Assembly (NCBI GenBank): GCA_964560245.1
Contig: CAZLLC010000002.1
Coordinates: forward strand, 1 to 48,627
Length of the DNA stretch: 48,627 bases
Reading direction: 5' to 3'
DNA from: an uncultured Oscillospiraceae bacterium
Lineage (GTDB): Bacteria; Bacillota; Clostridia; Oscillospirales; Oscillospiraceae
Within the stretch, counting starts at the first letter, position 1, and each line of letters begins with the position of its first letter. The notes below the pieces were generated by a model that had not been told where the DNA came from, made no database searches, and was given only the letters and a program-made list of their open reading frames with translations. The position numbers were made by a program, and so were the translations under genes. This document shows, piece by piece, positions 45,875 to 48,627 of this stretch.

Positions 45875-48075
45875 CCGATATTCTCCTGCAGTCTTAATTT
45901 CAAACCGGTATAACGGCGGCCGACCTTGGCGTTTTGGGTCATAGCGGCCACGGTTTCTTCCCGTCCTACGATGATCAGCAATGTTTTTGCCCGGGTGATG
46001 GCAGTATACAGCACACTGCGGCTGAGCAGATACGCAGAGCCATTGAAGGCAGAAAGAACCACAGCCCGGTATTCACTGCCCTGACTTTTATGTACGGTCA
46101 TTGCGTATGCAGGCTCCAGTTCGTTCAGTTCGGTAAAATCATAGGCAACACAGCGGTCGTCAAAACGCACACACACAAGCTCGGCGTCCATATCGATGGA
46201 AACGATCGTACCAACGTCACCGTTAAATACACCGGCACCGACTGTGCCATCGTCCTTCTTCCATAAAATTTCGTAGTTATTCCGCACCTGCATCACCCGG
46301 TCACCCTCACGGAAAATGTATTCACCGAATTTCCGTTCCTTTTTATCCGGTGCGGATGGATTCAGACTTTGCTGCAAAAGCCCATTCAGGGCAAAGGTAC
46401 CTGCACCGCCTTTTTTGGTGGGGCTCAGCACCTGGATCTGATCAGAGGGGATCCCCATATTTTTGGGCAGGCGGGTGGCGCACAGCCCGACGATGGTATT
46501 GGCGGCTTCGTCCTCAGACCGGGCAGGCAGAAAGAAAAAGTCGTTTTTCACATTCCTGAGCTCCGGCATAATGCCCTGATTGACCCGGTGGGCATTCATC
46601 ACGATCAGGCTTTCCTGTGCCTGCCGGAAGATCTCAGTCAGGCGCACAACAGGCAGCACACCGGCGCGCAGCATATCACTGAAGGGAAAGCCCGGTCCTA
46701 CCGGGGGGAGCTGATCCGGATCGCCCACTAAAATCAGCCGGGTGCCGGGGCGAATAGCCTGTAAAAGCTCGTGCAGAAGCGCCACATCCACCATAGACAT
46801 CTCATCGATGATCACCGCATCGGTGTTCAGGGGATTTTGTTCATCCCGGGAGAAAAACAGCTTGCCGGTGTGGGGGTCGATGCCGGCGCCCAAAAGCCGG
46901 TGGATGGTGGAGGCGTCCTCGCCGGTCACCTCTGTCAAACGCTTGGCAGCACGGCCTGTAGGGGCGCACAGGGCGTATTTCAGCCCCATTTGATCGTATA
47001 AAGACAGTACGCCCTGCAAAATGGTGGTCTTACCCGTACCGGGACCGCCGGTGATGATGAGTAAACCGGAGCAGGCAGCCTGCCGGATGGCCTGTGCCTG
47101 GGTGGGGGAGTATTCCACATTGCCGCCGGAAGCGGCTTTCTTTAGATATTTTTCCAAATATGCCGGCGCTTCATATTCTGTCTGAGCAGCCTGAAGCAGC
47201 CGGTGACAGCAGTATACCTCAGCATCGTAAAGCCGCAGAAGATAGATGACACTGATACCGGCCAAGGTGTCGCTGATGATCCTGCCCACAGACAAGAGCC
47301 GCTGGATGCCCTGGGCGATCACATCTGTGTCCACACTCAAAAGCTGGGCAGTGGCGGCAGTCAGCTTGTCCTGGGGCAAAAAGGCGTGACCGGCTGTGAG
47401 ATTGTATTGCAATTCAAAGACGATACCGGCTTCCACACGCCGGTGATCGTCGGCAGAAACGCCCAACTCGATGGCAAAGCGGTCAACTGCCCCGAAGGGT
47501 GCTTCCAATTCCTCATCCATCAGAAGATAAGGATCGTCATATAATAGATCCATTGCCTGCACGCCGTACATTTTATAGGTCTTCACAGCCAGCTCTGCCG
47601 GCAGGTGGTGCAGCGCGAAAAACTCCATCAGCTGGCGCATACCTACCTGCAGACGAAACGCTTCACCAATGGCCATTGCCTTGGGTAAAGAAATGCCGGA
47701 AACTTCAGCCAGCCGTTCCGGCTCCCGCTCCATAACCGCAAGGGTCTGCTCTTTGAACTTCTGCACGATCCTTGCGGCAAACTTGGGTCCAATGCCCTTG
47801 ATGGCACGGGAGGACAGATAGGTCAGAATATCCTGTGCGGTCTGGGGCATCAGCCGTTCTAAGAACTCTGCCTCAAATTGCCGTCCGTAGCTGGGATGGC
47901 TGCTCCATTTGCCGGTGACCATCAGCCGTTCGCCCACACTGGGCAAAGGGATGGTGCCGACGACGGTGACGGCTTGACCGCTTTCGCAGTTCAGGCGCAA
48001 TACCGCGTATCCGTTTTCGTAATTCTGATACACCACTGCACTGATAATACCCTGCAGAATATCCATTTCGTTCAC
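45871..48075 (-). CDS. recD2: ATP-dependent RecD-like DNA helicase (RecD2)
   Basis: IKGIGPK HhH, GGPGTGKT, APTGRAAKR, DEMSM, GDPDQLPPVG, AYAMTVHKSQGSE, YTAITRA; GTG 48075 follows SD GAAAGGAGG (ATG 48066 is an alternative). Confidence 0.95.
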   Translation of the reverse strand: MNEMDILQGIISAVVYQNYENGYAVLRLNCESGQAVTVVGTIPLPSVGERLMVTGKWSSHPSYGRQFEAEFLERLMPQTAQDILTYLSSRAIKGIGPKFAARIVQKFKEQTLAVMEREPERLAEVSGISLPKAMAIGEAFRLQVGMRQLMEFFALHHLPAELAVKTYKMYGVQAMDLLYDDPYLLMDEELEAPFGAVDRFAIELGVSADDHRRVEAGIVFELQYNLTAGHAFLPQDKLTAATAQLLSVDTDVIAQGIQRLLSVGRIISDTLAGISVIYLLRLYDAEVYCCHRLLQAAQTEYEAPAYLEKYLKKAASGGNVEYSPTQAQAIRQAACSGLLIITGGPGTGKTTILQGVLSLYDQMGLKYALCAPTGRAAKRLTEVTGEDASTIHRLLGAGIDPHTGKLFFSRDEQNPLNTDAVIIDEMSMVDVALLHELLQAIRPGTRLILVGDPDQLPPVGPGFPFSDMLRAGVLPVVRLTEIFRQAQESLIVMNAHRVNQGIMPELRNVKNDFFFLPARSEDEAANTIVGLCATRLPKNMGIPSDQIQVLSPTKKGGAGTFALNGLLQQSLNPSAPDKKERKFGEYIFREGDRVMQVRNNYEILWKKDDGTVGAGVFNGDVGTIVSIDMDAELVCVRFDDRCVAYDFTELNELEPAYAMTVHKSQGSEYRAVVLSAFNGSAYLLSRSVLYTAITRAKTLLIIVGREETVAAMTQNAKVGRRYTGLKLRLQENIG

Positions 48076-48126
48076 AATACCGCGCCTCCTTTCAAAAAAA
48101 TACCGATCAGCTGTCTGCTGTGTCAA

Positions 48127-48621
48127 AGCGGAAGGCATATATGCCGTTCCCAAACGGCTCCCCTGTAGGGGAGCTGTCATATTGCCGACTTTAGGCAATA
48201 TGACTGAGGGGTTGTCGGGGGATGATACAGTGCATCATTTCTGTTCATCCGTAAACCCCTCCGTCACGGCTGCGCCGTGCCACCTCCCCTGCAGGGGAGG
48301 CTTTCGTGGCTGTCCACGGGCAATTTGTGAATTGCCCCCACGACCTTGTAACAACTAAAACTATATAATTTCAGACGCAGAAACGACAACGGATGTCATC
48401 CTGAGCGGAGCGAAGCGGAGTCGAAGGATCTACGCACTATGATTTATATTGGTACGCAACGAACTGCGAAGATCCCTCCACTCGCTGCGCTCGGTCGGGA
48501 TGACACGGAGGTAATTTTTAGATGTTACATCGTACTACAATCTTGTTAAAACTGAAACCTGGCATATGCACCAAAAGCCTTCTCCTGGAGGAGAAGGTGG
48601 CCCGCAGGGCCGGATGAGGTG
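48127..48621. repeat. Cluster of several REP-like palindrome families, including two inverted doublets
   Basis: 48156-48213 / 48254-48302 (CTCCCCTG.AGGGGAG..GAGGGGTT doublet); 48394-48431 / 48470-48505 (TGTCATCCTGAGCGGAG..GGATCT doublet); 48318-48341 (GGGCAATT..AATTGCCC); 48130-48150; 48576-48621. Confidence 0.8.
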
Positions 48622-48627
48622 TTACCG

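Noticed and set aside
48076..48198. N-terminal extension of RecD2
   Set aside because: It runs through REP-like palindromes; a strong SD precedes GTG 48075

Overview
Genomic DNA from a Clostridia-type Firmicute (probably Oscillospiraceae/Ruminococcaceae, inferred from gene content and repeat types). Positions ~500-32800 hold an AraC-controlled glycan-utilisation locus. It encodes a nitrilase-GDPD fusion, a GH112 phosphorylase, GH78- and GH95-like enzymes, a sugar ABC transporter, three paralogues of an unassigned TIM-barrel 'DEP' glycosidase-like family, and two giant surface proteins (2406 and 2185 aa) built from about 18 copies of one Trp-rich ~130-aa module. Positions ~33000-41130 hold two small catabolic operons (GH5/DMT/deacetylase and AraC-GyrI/SDR/FAD oxidoreductase/hydrolase). 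A 37-aa ORF and a large serine recombinase follow. The recombinase ORF runs into what looks like the headless 3' half of a conserved Cys-rich host gene at ~42995. This suggests that the cargo to the left is an integrated, gene-interrupting element whose other end lies outside the window. The right end is core chromosome (recD2-comF-mreB-membrane protein) with several families of REP-like palindromes. No rRNA, tRNA or CRISPR array was seen. All family calls come from motif recognition, not database searches.
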